The translations under genes were made by a program, and so were the position numbers. 64,000 nucleotides of DNA from Rheinheimera sp. (GTDB taxonomy: Bacteria; Pseudomonadota; Gammaproteobacteria; Enterobacterales; Alteromonadaceae), in NCBI GenBank assembly GCA_037968955.1, contig JBBKWN010000146.1, positions 1,051-65,050 on the forward strand, written 5' to 3'. This document shows, one piece after another, positions 16,275 to 25,668 of the stretch; the stretch's first letter is position 1; each line of letters opens with the position of its first letter. Under the pieces are notes generated by a model. The model did no database searches and was not told the origin of the DNA. It worked only from the letters and a program-made list of their open reading frames with translations.

Positions 16275-18839
16275 TTAAAAAATATCAATCTCTTCTGGTT
16301 TTTGCTGGTCTGCCGGCAGATCTAAGTTGTTCGGGCTGGCATATTGTGTTGGCTCAGTGCCTTGTTGGAAAAACTCAAAGCTGCTGCTGTTATCTGTGGC
16401 CTGGGTTAGTAAACCGGTTTTATTGTCAATTCGCACCGAAACAATACCCACCGGAGTTGGAGGGAATTTCTCCGGTAAATCAGCAAGTGCAACTTCTGCA
16501 TAAGCTTGCCATGGTGGCAGAGCTGTACGGGCACCAGACTCGCCGCCTGATACTTGCTCTACGCCGAGATTATTGTTCCACGCAGTTCGGCCTAACACAC
16601 TCTCAGCGTCATCAAAGCCAACCCAGCTGGTAATCACCAACTCTGGGGTGAATCCGGAAAACCACGTGTCTTTGACGTCATTGGTGGTGCCGGTTTTACC
16701 GGATAAATCTCGCCGTTTTAAAGCTTTTAGATTTTTTGCCGTTCCATCCCAGCCGTTGCCACCCCAAATGGCACTTTTCATGGCTTCGGCAATCAGAAAG
16801 GCGTTTTGGGCAGAAATAACTCTCGGCGCAAAGTTTTCTACGGGGCTGGTTGTGGTTCGAGTTTCAGTGGTTGGCACCGTTGTTTCAGTCGTCGCTGTCT
16901 CGACCGCTGGCGTCAATTCTTGGCTCAATTGGCCGTCAAACGCTGCTGACTGACAGTCTTTGCAGACTTTAAGCGATTGGTGCTCAAACACCAGATTGTT
17001 CTGATCGTCCAGAATTTTCGTGATGACATAAGGTTTTACCAAATATCCGCCATTCGCGAGCACGGCATAGCCGGTCGCCAATTCCAGTGGTGTTAATGAG
17101 GCAGAACCCAATGCCAAAGTCTGGTTGCGAGGTAGGTCATTTTTATGAAAACCAAATTTAGCTAAGTGATTGATGGTGTTATCAATACCAACACCGCTAA
17201 TCAATCTGACCGATACCACGTTTTTCGATTTTGCCAAGGCTTCGCGCAAACGGATAGGGCCATCATAAACATCAGGTGAGTTTTTTGGTCGCCAGGCGGT
17301 GCCAGAGCCTGCATCCCATTCATGAATCGGAGCGTCGTTGAGCACCGACGCGAGTGTGTACCCATGTTCCAACGCCGCAGAATAAATAAAAGGCTTAATA
17401 TTAGAACCGACCTGACGGTTAGCCTGAGTCACCCGATTAAATTGGGTGAGGCCAAAACTGTAACCCCCGACCAGCGCTCGCACGGCGCCGTCGTGCGGAT
17501 CTAACGCGACTAAAGCACTACTGGCTTGTGGTAACTGACTTAACCGCCACTCGCCTTGCTGTTCACGTACATAGACCAACATGCCTGGCGCCAAGATTTG
17601 GCTGGCTAATTTGGGTGGATGAGCTTGTCGTTCGTTACTGATGTAAGCACGTGCCCATTTTAATCCGTCCCAGTTCAGCTCGACTTTGCGGCCACCGGAG
17701 ATCATGACTTCGGCATGCCGGTTTTCCACCTGTGTAACGACTGCCGGTTGCAGCTTCTCTATAGCATCCTGCCCATCGAGATAGGCCAAAATCGCATCGT
17801 CGGACAGACGTTTATCTTCGACAAAACCAACGCTGCCGTCGGCATTTTCTTGTCGGGTAGCGGGCCAAACGACGGCAATCGGGCCACGGAAACCGTGACG
17901 TTCGTCATACTGGTGCAAATTCTGTTGTAATGCTTGGACCGCAGTGGCTTGTTGTGCAGAATGCACAGTTGTGAAGACTTGGAATCCTCTGGAGTAAGCC
18001 TCTTCTTCACCGTAAGTATCGACAATTTCTTTACGGACCATTTCCGCCAAGTAAGGGGCTGAGGCCGTGATTTGCGCACCGTGCAGTTTTGACACGATCG
18101 GTGCTTGAATGGCCTCGTCATATTGTTGCTGGGTGATATAGCCAACGGTCAACATTCGGCCTAACACGATGTTGCGTCTGGCTCTGGCCCGACTTGGCGA
18201 ACGCACAGGGTTTAATACCGATGGCGCTTGCGGTAGCCCCGCGATAATCGCAATTTCCGACAGAGTCAGATCTTGAATGTTTTTACCAAAATAAACTTGG
18301 GCGGCGGCACCAACACCAAACGCACGTTGTCCCAATTCAATCCGATTGAGGTACAGTTCGAGAATTTCATCTTTACTCAGTAGCTCTTCAATATGAAAGG
18401 CCAAAAAGACTTCTTTTACTTTTCGGATGATTTTCTTTTCGCGACTTAAGAAAAATAACCGGGCTAATTGCTGCGTGATCGTGCTGGCACCTTGGCTATA
18501 ATCGCCAGTGGTCGCGACCACAGTTGCTGCACGAAACACGCCGATAACATCAATGCCGGGATGCTCGTAAAAACGTGAATCTTCAGTGGCAAGCACCGCA
18601 TGGATCAATAATTGCGGTATTTCATTGATTTTTAAAGGGATGCGGCGCTTCTCGCCAAATTGTGAAATAAGTTCACCATCTTGGCTAAAAACCCGCATTG
18701 GCGTTTGTAATCTGACATCCTTCAGTGTTTCAACACTTGGCAGGTCATCTTTTAGATACAAATAGCTGCCAAATATCACAGTTAGACCTGCGAGAAAGCA
18801 ACTTAAGGTAATAATTACTAGTTTTTTAAGCCAAGACAC
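16275..18839 (-). CDS. mrcA: Penicillin-binding protein 1A (bifunctional transglycosylase/transpeptidase)
   Basis: Glycosyltransferase motif ATEDSRFYEHPG. Transpeptidase motifs SNIK (SxxK) and KTGTT. GTG start. Divergent from pilM, as mrcA is from hofM in E. coli. Confidence 0.95.
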   Translation of the reverse strand: MSWLKKLVIITLSCFLAGLTVIFGSYLYLKDDLPSVETLKDVRLQTPMRVFSQDGELISQFGEKRRIPLKINEIPQLLIHAVLATEDSRFYEHPGIDVIGVFRAATVVATTGDYSQGASTITQQLARLFFLSREKKIIRKVKEVFLAFHIEELLSKDEILELYLNRIELGQRAFGVGAAAQVYFGKNIQDLTLSEIAIIAGLPQAPSVLNPVRSPSRARARRNIVLGRMLTVGYITQQQYDEAIQAPIVSKLHGAQITASAPYLAEMVRKEIVDTYGEEEAYSRGFQVFTTVHSAQQATAVQALQQNLHQYDERHGFRGPIAVVWPATRQENADGSVGFVEDKRLSDDAILAYLDGQDAIEKLQPAVVTQVENRHAEVMISGGRKVELNWDGLKWARAYISNERQAHPPKLASQILAPGMLVYVREQQGEWRLSQLPQASSALVALDPHDGAVRALVGGYSFGLTQFNRVTQANRQVGSNIKPFIYSAALEHGYTLASVLNDAPIHEWDAGSGTAWRPKNSPDVYDGPIRLREALAKSKNVVSVRLISGVGIDNTINHLAKFGFHKNDLPRNQTLALGSASLTPLELATGYAVLANGGYLVKPYVITKILDDQNNLVFEHQSLKVCKDCQSAAFDGQLSQELTPAVETATTETTVPTTETRTTTSPVENFAPRVISAQNAFLIAEAMKSAIWGGNGWDGTAKNLKALKRRDLSGKTGTTNDVKDTWFSGFTPELVITSWVGFDDAESVLGRTAWNNNLGVEQVSGGESGARTALPPWQAYAEVALADLPEKFPPTPVGIVSVRIDNKTGLLTQATDNSSSFEFFQQGTEPTQYASPNNLDLPADQQKPEEIDIF

Positions 18840-18992
18840 TGAATCGCCCCAATTTTTGCTCCCATTTACTAAAATAGGCTGCTAGTATAAATTTATTAGC
18901 AGTCGTTCAAGCTCTTTAGTTACGTGTTAAAAACGACAAAGCTAAAAATCAAAACCATAATAATCATAAATTTGATACGGCCGCAGGAAGCT

Positions 18993-20072
18993 ATGATAAA
19001 TCGCCTGTTTCATACAAAAAACCCTTTAATTTTAGGGGTAGATATCGGTGCTCACACTGTAAAGGCTGTGTTGCTCAGTCAGCATGGCGGGCATTATAAA
19101 GTAGAAGCCTTTGCAATAGAACCCATGATTAAGGGCTCGATGAACGAGCGTGAGATCCAAGACATTGAAGCGGTTGGTAATGTCATCGGTAAAATACGCA
19201 AAAAAATTCCAAAAGCCGTTAAATTCGCGGCCGCTGCGGTGTCAGGCTCGACGGTGATTAGTAAAGTAATCTTTATGGATGCCGCATTATCGGATGCCGA
19301 ACTAGCCAGTCAGATTGAAGTCGAAGCCGATAGTTTAATTCCTTACCCTCTGAGTGAAGTCAGCCTCGACTTTGAAAAACAAGACCTCAACAGTAATGAC
19401 CCCTCCAAAGTAAACGTTTTACTGAGTGCCGCTCGCACTGAAAGTGTCCAGACTCGTGTCAGCGCGCTGGACCAAGGGGGATTCACGGCGCGAGTAATAG
19501 ACGTCGAAAGCTACGCTCTGAGCCGTGCTGCAGAACTATGTGCCAAACAGCTACCACCCGACGCCAAGTCAAAATTGGTCGCGGTGGTTGATATCGGCGC
19601 CACGATGACATTATTGAGTATTCTCGAAGGTGATAAAACACTCTACACCCGTGACCAAGTGTTTGGCGGTGAGCAATATACCCGCAGCATCGTCTCTTAT
19701 TATGCAAAGACTTATGACGAAGCTGAGCATGCGAAAGTCGCCAACGATTTGCCGCCAAATTATACCTTTGAAGTGTTAGCACCGTTCCAAACCATGTTAT
19801 TACAGCAAGTGCGCCGTGGCATTCAGATGTATCTGACGACCTCCGGTCGCGATAATATTGATTATTTATTAATTTCTGGTGGCACCAGTTTAATCGAAGG
19901 TGTTGATAAACTGCTGACTGACGAACTGGGTATTCATACGGTTGTAGCGAACCCATTTTTGCATATGGAAACAGCGGCTTCGGTTGATCGCGAACTCCTC
20001 AATCAAGTCGCGCCGCAATTAATGGTTGCAAGCGGCCTCGCGTTACGGAGTTTTTCAACATGGCATATATAA
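18993..20072 (+). CDS. pilM: Type IV pilus assembly protein PilM
   Basis: ATG 18993 follows AGGAAG. It has an actin-like ATPase fold (ILGVDIGAHTVKAV). The ORF-track start at 18924 adds an implausible Ile/Lys-rich extension. Confidence 0.92.
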   Translation: MINRLFHTKNPLILGVDIGAHTVKAVLLSQHGGHYKVEAFAIEPMIKGSMNEREIQDIEAVGNVIGKIRKKIPKAVKFAAAAVSGSTVISKVIFMDAALSDAELASQIEVEADSLIPYPLSEVSLDFEKQDLNSNDPSKVNVLLSAARTESVQTRVSALDQGGFTARVIDVESYALSRAAELCAKQLPPDAKSKLVAVVDIGATMTLLSILEGDKTLYTRDQVFGGEQYTRSIVSYYAKTYDEAEHAKVANDLPPNYTFEVLAPFQTMLLQQVRRGIQMYLTTSGRDNIDYLLISGGTSLIEGVDKLLTDELGIHTVVANPFLHMETAASVDRELLNQVAPQLMVASGLALRSFSTWHI

Positions 20073-20677
20073 ATTTATTGCCGTGGCGTGAAGCGCAACG
20101 GAAACAACAACAAACCCAGTTTATGACAATCCTTAGTGTGGCTGGGATTTTAAGTTTTGGCGCTATTTTTGGTTTGAGTGCCGTTTATACGGCTAAAATT
20201 GAAGGACAGAATAGTCGTAACGCTTACTTGCAAGGTGAAATAACGATTTTAGAGCAACGTATTGTCGAAATTCGTGAGCTCGATGAGAAAAAGAAAAACC
20301 TGCAAAAACGAATGGAGCTGATCAGTCAGTTACAAAGCAGTCGAAACCTCGGTACGCAGATTATGGATGAGATTGCTTCAGTCGTTCCGGCCGGTGTTTA
20401 TTTATCAAATTTACAAAAACAAGGCCCGTCATTGCTGTTAGTTGGTAAAAGTGAATCGAACAATCGGCTGTCCAATATGATTCGCTCAGTCGAAAGTTCG
20501 GAGCTGCTCAAAGAGCCGCTGCTTGAGTTCATCGAAGCGGGTAAAGATCAGACTCAGTTGTTGAGCGACTTCAAAATCCATTTGACGGTGCAGGGTTTTG
20601 AAGCGGTTCAAGGTGCAAAAAGCGGTACCACCGGTGCAGCACAGCCGGCGAAACCAGTCCCTGGAGCTGCGAAATGA
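20060..20677 (+). CDS. pilN: Type IV pilus assembly protein PilN
   Basis: N-terminal INLLPWRE motif followed by a single TM. It overlaps the end of pilM. Confidence 0.9.
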   Translation: MAYINLLPWREAQRKQQQTQFMTILSVAGILSFGAIFGLSAVYTAKIEGQNSRNAYLQGEITILEQRIVEIRELDEKKKNLQKRMELISQLQSSRNLGTQIMDEIASVVPAGVYLSNLQKQGPSLLLVGKSESNNRLSNMIRSVESSELLKEPLLEFIEAGKDQTQLLSDFKIHLTVQGFEAVQGAKSGTTGAAQPAKPVPGAAK

Positions 20678-21264
20678 GCATGAGCTTTAATTTAGACGAA
20701 CTTAACAATCTTGATATGTCCGATATGGGCGCATGGCCGGTTGCTGCAAAAGCAATGGTGGTGGCGATATTGGTATTAATGATTGGCGTATTAACCTTCT
20801 TTTTATTGGTCGACGACCAGATCACGCAGCTGGAAATTTCCGAAGCGCATGAACAGGAACTACGGCAAGTTTATCGGATAAAGTATGCAGCGGCGGTTAA
20901 TCTAGAGCTGTATAAAGCGCAAATGATCGAGATGGAACAAACGTTTTCTTACTTGCTTAAACAATTGCCAGCAACACATGAAACACCAGGCTTATTGGAT
21001 GACATCACTTACGCGGGTACCTCGACCGGTTTAACTTTTGTAAAAATTAACTGGTTACCGGAAATTGAAAAAGATTTTTATACAGAATTACCGATAAAAA
21101 TCGATGTACTTGGCGACTATCATCAATTTGGTAACTTCGTCAGTGAAGTGGCGAAATTACCTCGGATTGTGTCATTACACGATTTCTCGGTAACGACCGA
21201 TAAAGACGATCGACTCGTATTTAACGTAGTTGCAAAAACCTACCGGTACAAGGAGGCGCAATAA
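20674..21264 (+). CDS. pilO: Type IV pilus assembly protein PilO
   Basis: Position within pilMNOPQ, a single TM, and a 4-nt overlap with pilN. Confidence 0.88.
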   Translation: MSMSFNLDELNNLDMSDMGAWPVAAKAMVVAILVLMIGVLTFFLLVDDQITQLEISEAHEQELRQVYRIKYAAAVNLELYKAQMIEMEQTFSYLLKQLPATHETPGLLDDITYAGTSTGLTFVKINWLPEIEKDFYTELPIKIDVLGDYHQFGNFVSEVAKLPRIVSLHDFSVTTDKDDRLVFNVVAKTYRYKEAQ

Positions 21265-21803
21265 TGAAGCGTTCTTTGCCGGTGCTTTGTATCAGTTTTT
21301 TGATGCTGCAAGGGTGCTACGACGATTTGGGTGATATTCAACAGTTTATGGACACGGTGAAAAGCAGCACGCCGGCAAAAATACCGCCGTTGCCGCAAGT
21401 GAAAGAGTTTGTGCATGTCAGTTATAAATCGGCGCAGTCGCGCAGTCCGTTTAGTACACCAAGACCAGAAGCTGTGCAGGAAAAATATGCACAAATTCAG
21501 GATTGTTTAAGTCCTGATCCGGCGCGCCGCAAAGAACCACTGGAGAAGTACGCCCTGGATAACTTAAAAATGCGCGGTACTTTAGGTGATGAAAATGATA
21601 TTTGGGCGCTGGTCGAAGCGTCAGATAAGACCTTACACCGGATTAGTAAAAACAATTACCTTGGCTTGTTTCATGGCCGGGTAATTCATGTTGATCCGGC
21701 TCAAGTGGAATTACTGGAACTCATTCCTGATGGTGCAGGTTGTTGGAAAGAAAGAACCACAGTACTGCCAATGGCTGAACCAGCAGCTGTAGCCAGCAAA
21801 TAA
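21264..21803 (+). CDS. pilP: Type IV pilus assembly lipoprotein PilP
   Basis: Lipobox LMLQGC, and its position in the operon. Confidence 0.88.
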   Translation: MKRSLPVLCISFLMLQGCYDDLGDIQQFMDTVKSSTPAKIPPLPQVKEFVHVSYKSAQSRSPFSTPRPEAVQEKYAQIQDCLSPDPARRKEPLEKYALDNLKMRGTLGDENDIWALVEASDKTLHRISKNNYLGLFHGRVIHVDPAQVELLELIPDGAGCWKERTTVLPMAEPAAVASK

Positions 21804-21819
21804 GGTGTGCGAGAGAAGC

Positions 21820-23883
21820 ATGGAAAATACAATTAAAACAATCAAAAAATTACCGGTGAGTCGTCGTTTGCTGCTCGGGATCCTATTGCTATCTGCCGCG
21901 CCCGCGATGGCGGTACCGTTACTTTATGATGTGCGGTATAACCCGCTGAGTACTGGCGAAACTGAAATTGAATTTGTGTTTGATGAAGATTTGCAGGCCG
22001 AGCCAACAGTTCAGGTTCTCAATGAGCCATCTCGTATTGAATTGACATTCGCAGAAGCAGACTACGAAGAAAAATTAGCCAATATTGAGATTGATAAAGC
22101 AGGTGTACAGCGAGCGAAATCGGAATTTTTTAAGGAAGGTTTTAAAACCTCGGTTTATCTCGATCATTTAAAACTCTATCGTACCCGTGTCAAAGGCAAT
22201 GTATTTTATCTGCAGATATCTGACAATCCTACAGATTCCACGCCAGGTCAGACTGCTGACGTTGCACCTACATATATCAATAAAGTAAATGCCATTGATT
22301 TTCGTCGTGGTGAAAAAGGTGAAGCGCGGGTTTTAGTGTTCTTAAAAGAAAATACCGCCGCGGTGGATGTCTCGGAAAAGCTGGGCAAAATTATTGTTGA
22401 ATTTCACAATACCGATATTTTGGACGAGTTATTGTATCAGTTAGATGTAATGGATTTTGGCACTGTGGTGAAAGGCATTGAAACCTTTAAAGAAGGTGCA
22501 CTCACCAGGATGGTGATTGAACCCACTTCAGCTTTTAAATTTAACTATCAGCAAATTGACAATATTTTTAGTTTGTCGGTCGAGAAAGATGCCTCTGCCG
22601 TCGGTTTTATGGCGGGCGGTAAAGAGTATAAAGGCCGTGCTATCTCATTAAACTTCCAAGATATTCCGGTGCGGACGGTATTGCAGATTATCGCCGATTA
22701 CAATGGATTTAACTTGGTCACCAGTGATTCGGTAACCGGCAATATTACACTGCGACTCGATGGTACCCCTTGGGATCAGGCGCTGGATATCGTGTTAAAA
22801 GTGCGTGGTCTGGACAAGCGGATGGATGGCAATATCTTAATGATTGCGCCGACTGACGAGCTGGCCGAACGGGAAGCGAAAGAGTTACAAGCGCGTAATA
22901 AAGTGGAAGAGCTTGAAGCATTATATTCAGAATTTATTGCCATTAACTACGCTAAAGCGGCCGATATTGCCAAGTTATTGAGCAATAAAGACGCATCATT
23001 GTTGACGGCTCGTGGTGTTGCTTCAGTCGATGACCGTACCAATACCATCTTGTTAAAAGATACCGCCAAAGCCATCGAAAACGTGCGTCGATTAATCGAA
23101 CGTTTGGATGTGCCAGTGAAACAGGTGTTGATTGAATCGCGGATGGTGACGGTTAAAGACAGTGTGGCGGATGAACTTGGGATCCGTTGGGGCTTTAACG
23201 ACCAGCAAAACACCAAAGGTGTCGGTGGGTCGTTGGCAGCGGCGAATGCACTGGCAAATGGCCAAATCCCAAGCTTAGATAGCGGCGACCGTTACAATGT
23301 CAATTTACCCTTGAACAGTGCATCTGCTGGCCGGATTGGCTTTCATATCGCTAAATTAGGCGACGGCACCTTGATTGACTTAGAGCTGTCAGCGTTGGAA
23401 GAAGAAAACAAAGCCGAGATTGTGGCTTCACCAAGAATTTCTACGGCCAATCAAAAGTTAGCGCGAATTGAGCAAGGTGTGGAAATTCCCTATGTGCAGT
23501 CTTCATCGAGCGGTGCAACGACGGTAGAATTCAAAAAGGCGGTGTTGAGTTTAGAAGTGACTCCGCAGGTCACTCCAGATAATAAAATTATTCTTGATTT
23601 AATTGTCACGCAAGATACCGAAGGTAAAATTGTACCCACGGCGACCGGTAATGCAGTTGCGATTGATACCCAACGGATTCAGACGCAAGTATTGGTGGAA
23701 AATGGCGAAACCATCGTCCTTGGTGGTATTTATCAGCAACAAACTATTAATACCGTGCAAAAAGTACCGTTCTTTGGTGATATTCCATACGTCGGTGCAC
23801 TATTTCGTCGTTCTTTGGATAAAACCGAGAAGAAAGAATTATTGATATTTGTCACACCGAAAATTCTAACTGAAGGTCAATAG
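21820..23883 (+). CDS. pilQ: Type IV pilus secretin PilQ
   Basis: ATG 21820 follows GAGAGAAG (the ORF-track GTG at 21805 is less likely). It has a signal peptide, AMIN-like N-terminal region, and a secretin C-domain ending ELLIFVTPKIL. Confidence 0.93.
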   Translation: MENTIKTIKKLPVSRRLLLGILLLSAAPAMAVPLLYDVRYNPLSTGETEIEFVFDEDLQAEPTVQVLNEPSRIELTFAEADYEEKLANIEIDKAGVQRAKSEFFKEGFKTSVYLDHLKLYRTRVKGNVFYLQISDNPTDSTPGQTADVAPTYINKVNAIDFRRGEKGEARVLVFLKENTAAVDVSEKLGKIIVEFHNTDILDELLYQLDVMDFGTVVKGIETFKEGALTRMVIEPTSAFKFNYQQIDNIFSLSVEKDASAVGFMAGGKEYKGRAISLNFQDIPVRTVLQIIADYNGFNLVTSDSVTGNITLRLDGTPWDQALDIVLKVRGLDKRMDGNILMIAPTDELAEREAKELQARNKVEELEALYSEFIAINYAKAADIAKLLSNKDASLLTARGVASVDDRTNTILLKDTAKAIENVRRLIERLDVPVKQVLIESRMVTVKDSVADELGIRWGFNDQQNTKGVGGSLAAANALANGQIPSLDSGDRYNVNLPLNSASAGRIGFHIAKLGDGTLIDLELSALEEENKAEIVASPRISTANQKLARIEQGVEIPYVQSSSSGATTVEFKKAVLSLEVTPQVTPDNKIILDLIVTQDTEGKIVPTATGNAVAIDTQRIQTQVLVENGETIVLGGIYQQQTINTVQKVPFFGDIPYVGALFRRSLDKTEKKELLIFVTPKILTEGQ

Positions 23884-24042
23884 CTATTCTGCGCTAAGTG
23901 ATTGGGGTTCAACAGGGCCCCAATAAATTTAGCTTGCTAAGCTTGCGGCAAAACTGACATAATTCAGCGCTTCAAATTTTCGTGGGAGCTTTTAGGTCCT
24001 GACATTAACCCTCATTTAGTTAGCTGATTAGCATTACGACAT

Positions 24043-24561
24043 ATGGCAGAGAAACGAAATATCTTCCTTGTTGGCCCTATGGGCGCAGGAAAAAGTACCA
24101 TTGGCCGTCATTTAGCAGAAATGCTGCATCTCGACTTCTACGACTCAGATCAAGAAATTGAGCGCCGAACTGGTGCTGATATCGCTTGGGTCTTTGATCT
24201 GGAAGGAGAGGAAGGCTTTCGGGTACGTGAAGAAAACGTCATTGAAGATTTAACTGAACTCCAGGGTATTGTACTTGCCACAGGTGGTGGTTCAGTAATG
24301 AGCAAAGAAACCCGCAATCGTTTGTCAGCACGCGGCATCGTGGTCTACCTTGAAACTCCAATTGAGAAACAGGTAGCGCGGACCCAGCGCGACAAAAGAC
24401 GTCCTTTATTACAAACCGAAGAAGCTCCGCAGCATGTTTTGGAACGGCTGGCGGCAGAACGTAATCCGCTGTATGAGGAAATCGCTGATTTCACCATCAG
24501 GACTGACGAACAAAGTGCCCGTTCGGTAGCAAATCAAATTGTTGAACAACTGGGTTTTTAA
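24043..24561 (+). CDS. aroK: Shikimate kinase I
   Basis: [13 protein letters not shown]-loop. 172 aa. Sits in the pilQ-aroK-aroB order. Confidence 0.96.
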   Translation: MAEKRNIFLVGPMGAGKSTIGRHLAEMLHLDFYDSDQEIERRTGADIAWVFDLEGEEGFRVREENVIEDLTELQGIVLATGGGSVMSKETRNRLSARGIVVYLETPIEKQVARTQRDKRRPLLQTEEAPQHVLERLAAERNPLYEEIADFTIRTDEQSARSVANQIVEQLGF

Positions 24562-24586
24562 TTTTTCCAGCTAAAGGGGGCTGTCG

Positions 24587-25666
24587 ATGGAAAAAGTTGC
24601 CGTTCAACTTGGCCAGCGTAGTTACCCAATTGTCATTGCGCCTGGTTTATTGTCAGGCGCAGGGCAAGTGCCGGAGCTCCAGACACTTTGGCAGTTCAAA
24701 AAAGTAGTGATCCTTTCTAATCCCGTTGTTGCTGCGCTGTATTTGCCGCAGCTGCGATTGTTGTTCGGGCAGCAGCAACAGTTTGAGTTGTTGTTACCGG
24801 ACGGCGAAGCCTACAAAAACCTCCAATCCTTTGACCAAGCCAATACATTCTTATTGGAGCACGGGGTAGCGCGTGACGCGTTATTAGTGGCACTTGGTGG
24901 CGGCGTCATTGGTGATTTAACCGGTTTTGTCGCGGCGTGTTATCAACGTGGTGTAGCTTTTGTGCAAGTTCCAACCACCTTGTTATCACAGGTTGACTCG
25001 TCGGTTGGCGGTAAAACAGCCATTAATCATCCTCTGGGTAAAAATATGATTGGCGCTTTTAATCAGCCACTTGCGGTGTTGATTGATACGTCAGTACTGC
25101 AGTCGTTGCCCCCGCGTGAATATGCCGCCGGCATGGCTGAAGTGATCAAATATGGTTTACTCGGCGATGCCGATTTTTTTCAATGGTTAGAGCAACAGCA
25201 AAATGCGCTGGCAAAGTTGCAAGAACCACAGCTCAGCCAGATGATTAAGCATTGCTGTCAGATGAAAGCAGACATTGTCAGCCGCGACGAAACTGAGCAG
25301 GGTGAACGGGCCTTGCTCAACCTTGGGCATACGTTTGGGCATGCCATTGAAGCATGGCTAGGTTATGGCGTGTGGTTGCATGGGGAGGCTGTGGCTGTCG
25401 GTATGATCATGGCGTTTGAGCTGGCTTTGGCGCGTGGCTGGATTGATACCGCTACGGTTAACCGAGTGCGTCAATTGCTCATCGCTTTTCAGTTGCCTGT
25501 GCAGCCGCCGGTTGGGATGCATATCAAAGATTTTATGCCTTATATGAAAACCGACAAAAAAGTCAAAGATGGCCGTATGCGGTTTATCTTGCCTCAAACG
25601 CTTGGTGCCGCCATTATCGCTGATGACGTTACTGAATCAGAATTACAGCGGGTTTTTGCCGGATAA
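24587..25666 (+). CDS. aroB: 3-dehydroquinate synthase
   Basis: 359 aa with GGGVIGDLTGF and DSSVGGKT motifs. Confidence 0.95.
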   Translation: MEKVAVQLGQRSYPIVIAPGLLSGAGQVPELQTLWQFKKVVILSNPVVAALYLPQLRLLFGQQQQFELLLPDGEAYKNLQSFDQANTFLLEHGVARDALLVALGGGVIGDLTGFVAACYQRGVAFVQVPTTLLSQVDSSVGGKTAINHPLGKNMIGAFNQPLAVLIDTSVLQSLPPREYAAGMAEVIKYGLLGDADFFQWLEQQQNALAKLQEPQLSQMIKHCCQMKADIVSRDETEQGERALLNLGHTFGHAIEAWLGYGVWLHGEAVAVGMIMAFELALARGWIDTATVNRVRQLLIAFQLPVQPPVGMHIKDFMPYMKTDKKVKDGRMRFILPQTLGAAIIADDVTESELQRVFAG

Positions 25667-25668
25667 TC

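Noticed and set aside
18924-18992. N-terminal extensions offered by the ORF track for pilM. The same applies to rpe (29744), gspA (47062), cca (47139), the GNAT (57509), pirin (58206), ygiF (62254), the DUF4287-like gene (60817), TauE (59021) and DoxX (57672).
   Set aside because: In each case an internal ATG with a good SD coincides with the conserved N-terminus of the family, and the upstream codons lack coding character.
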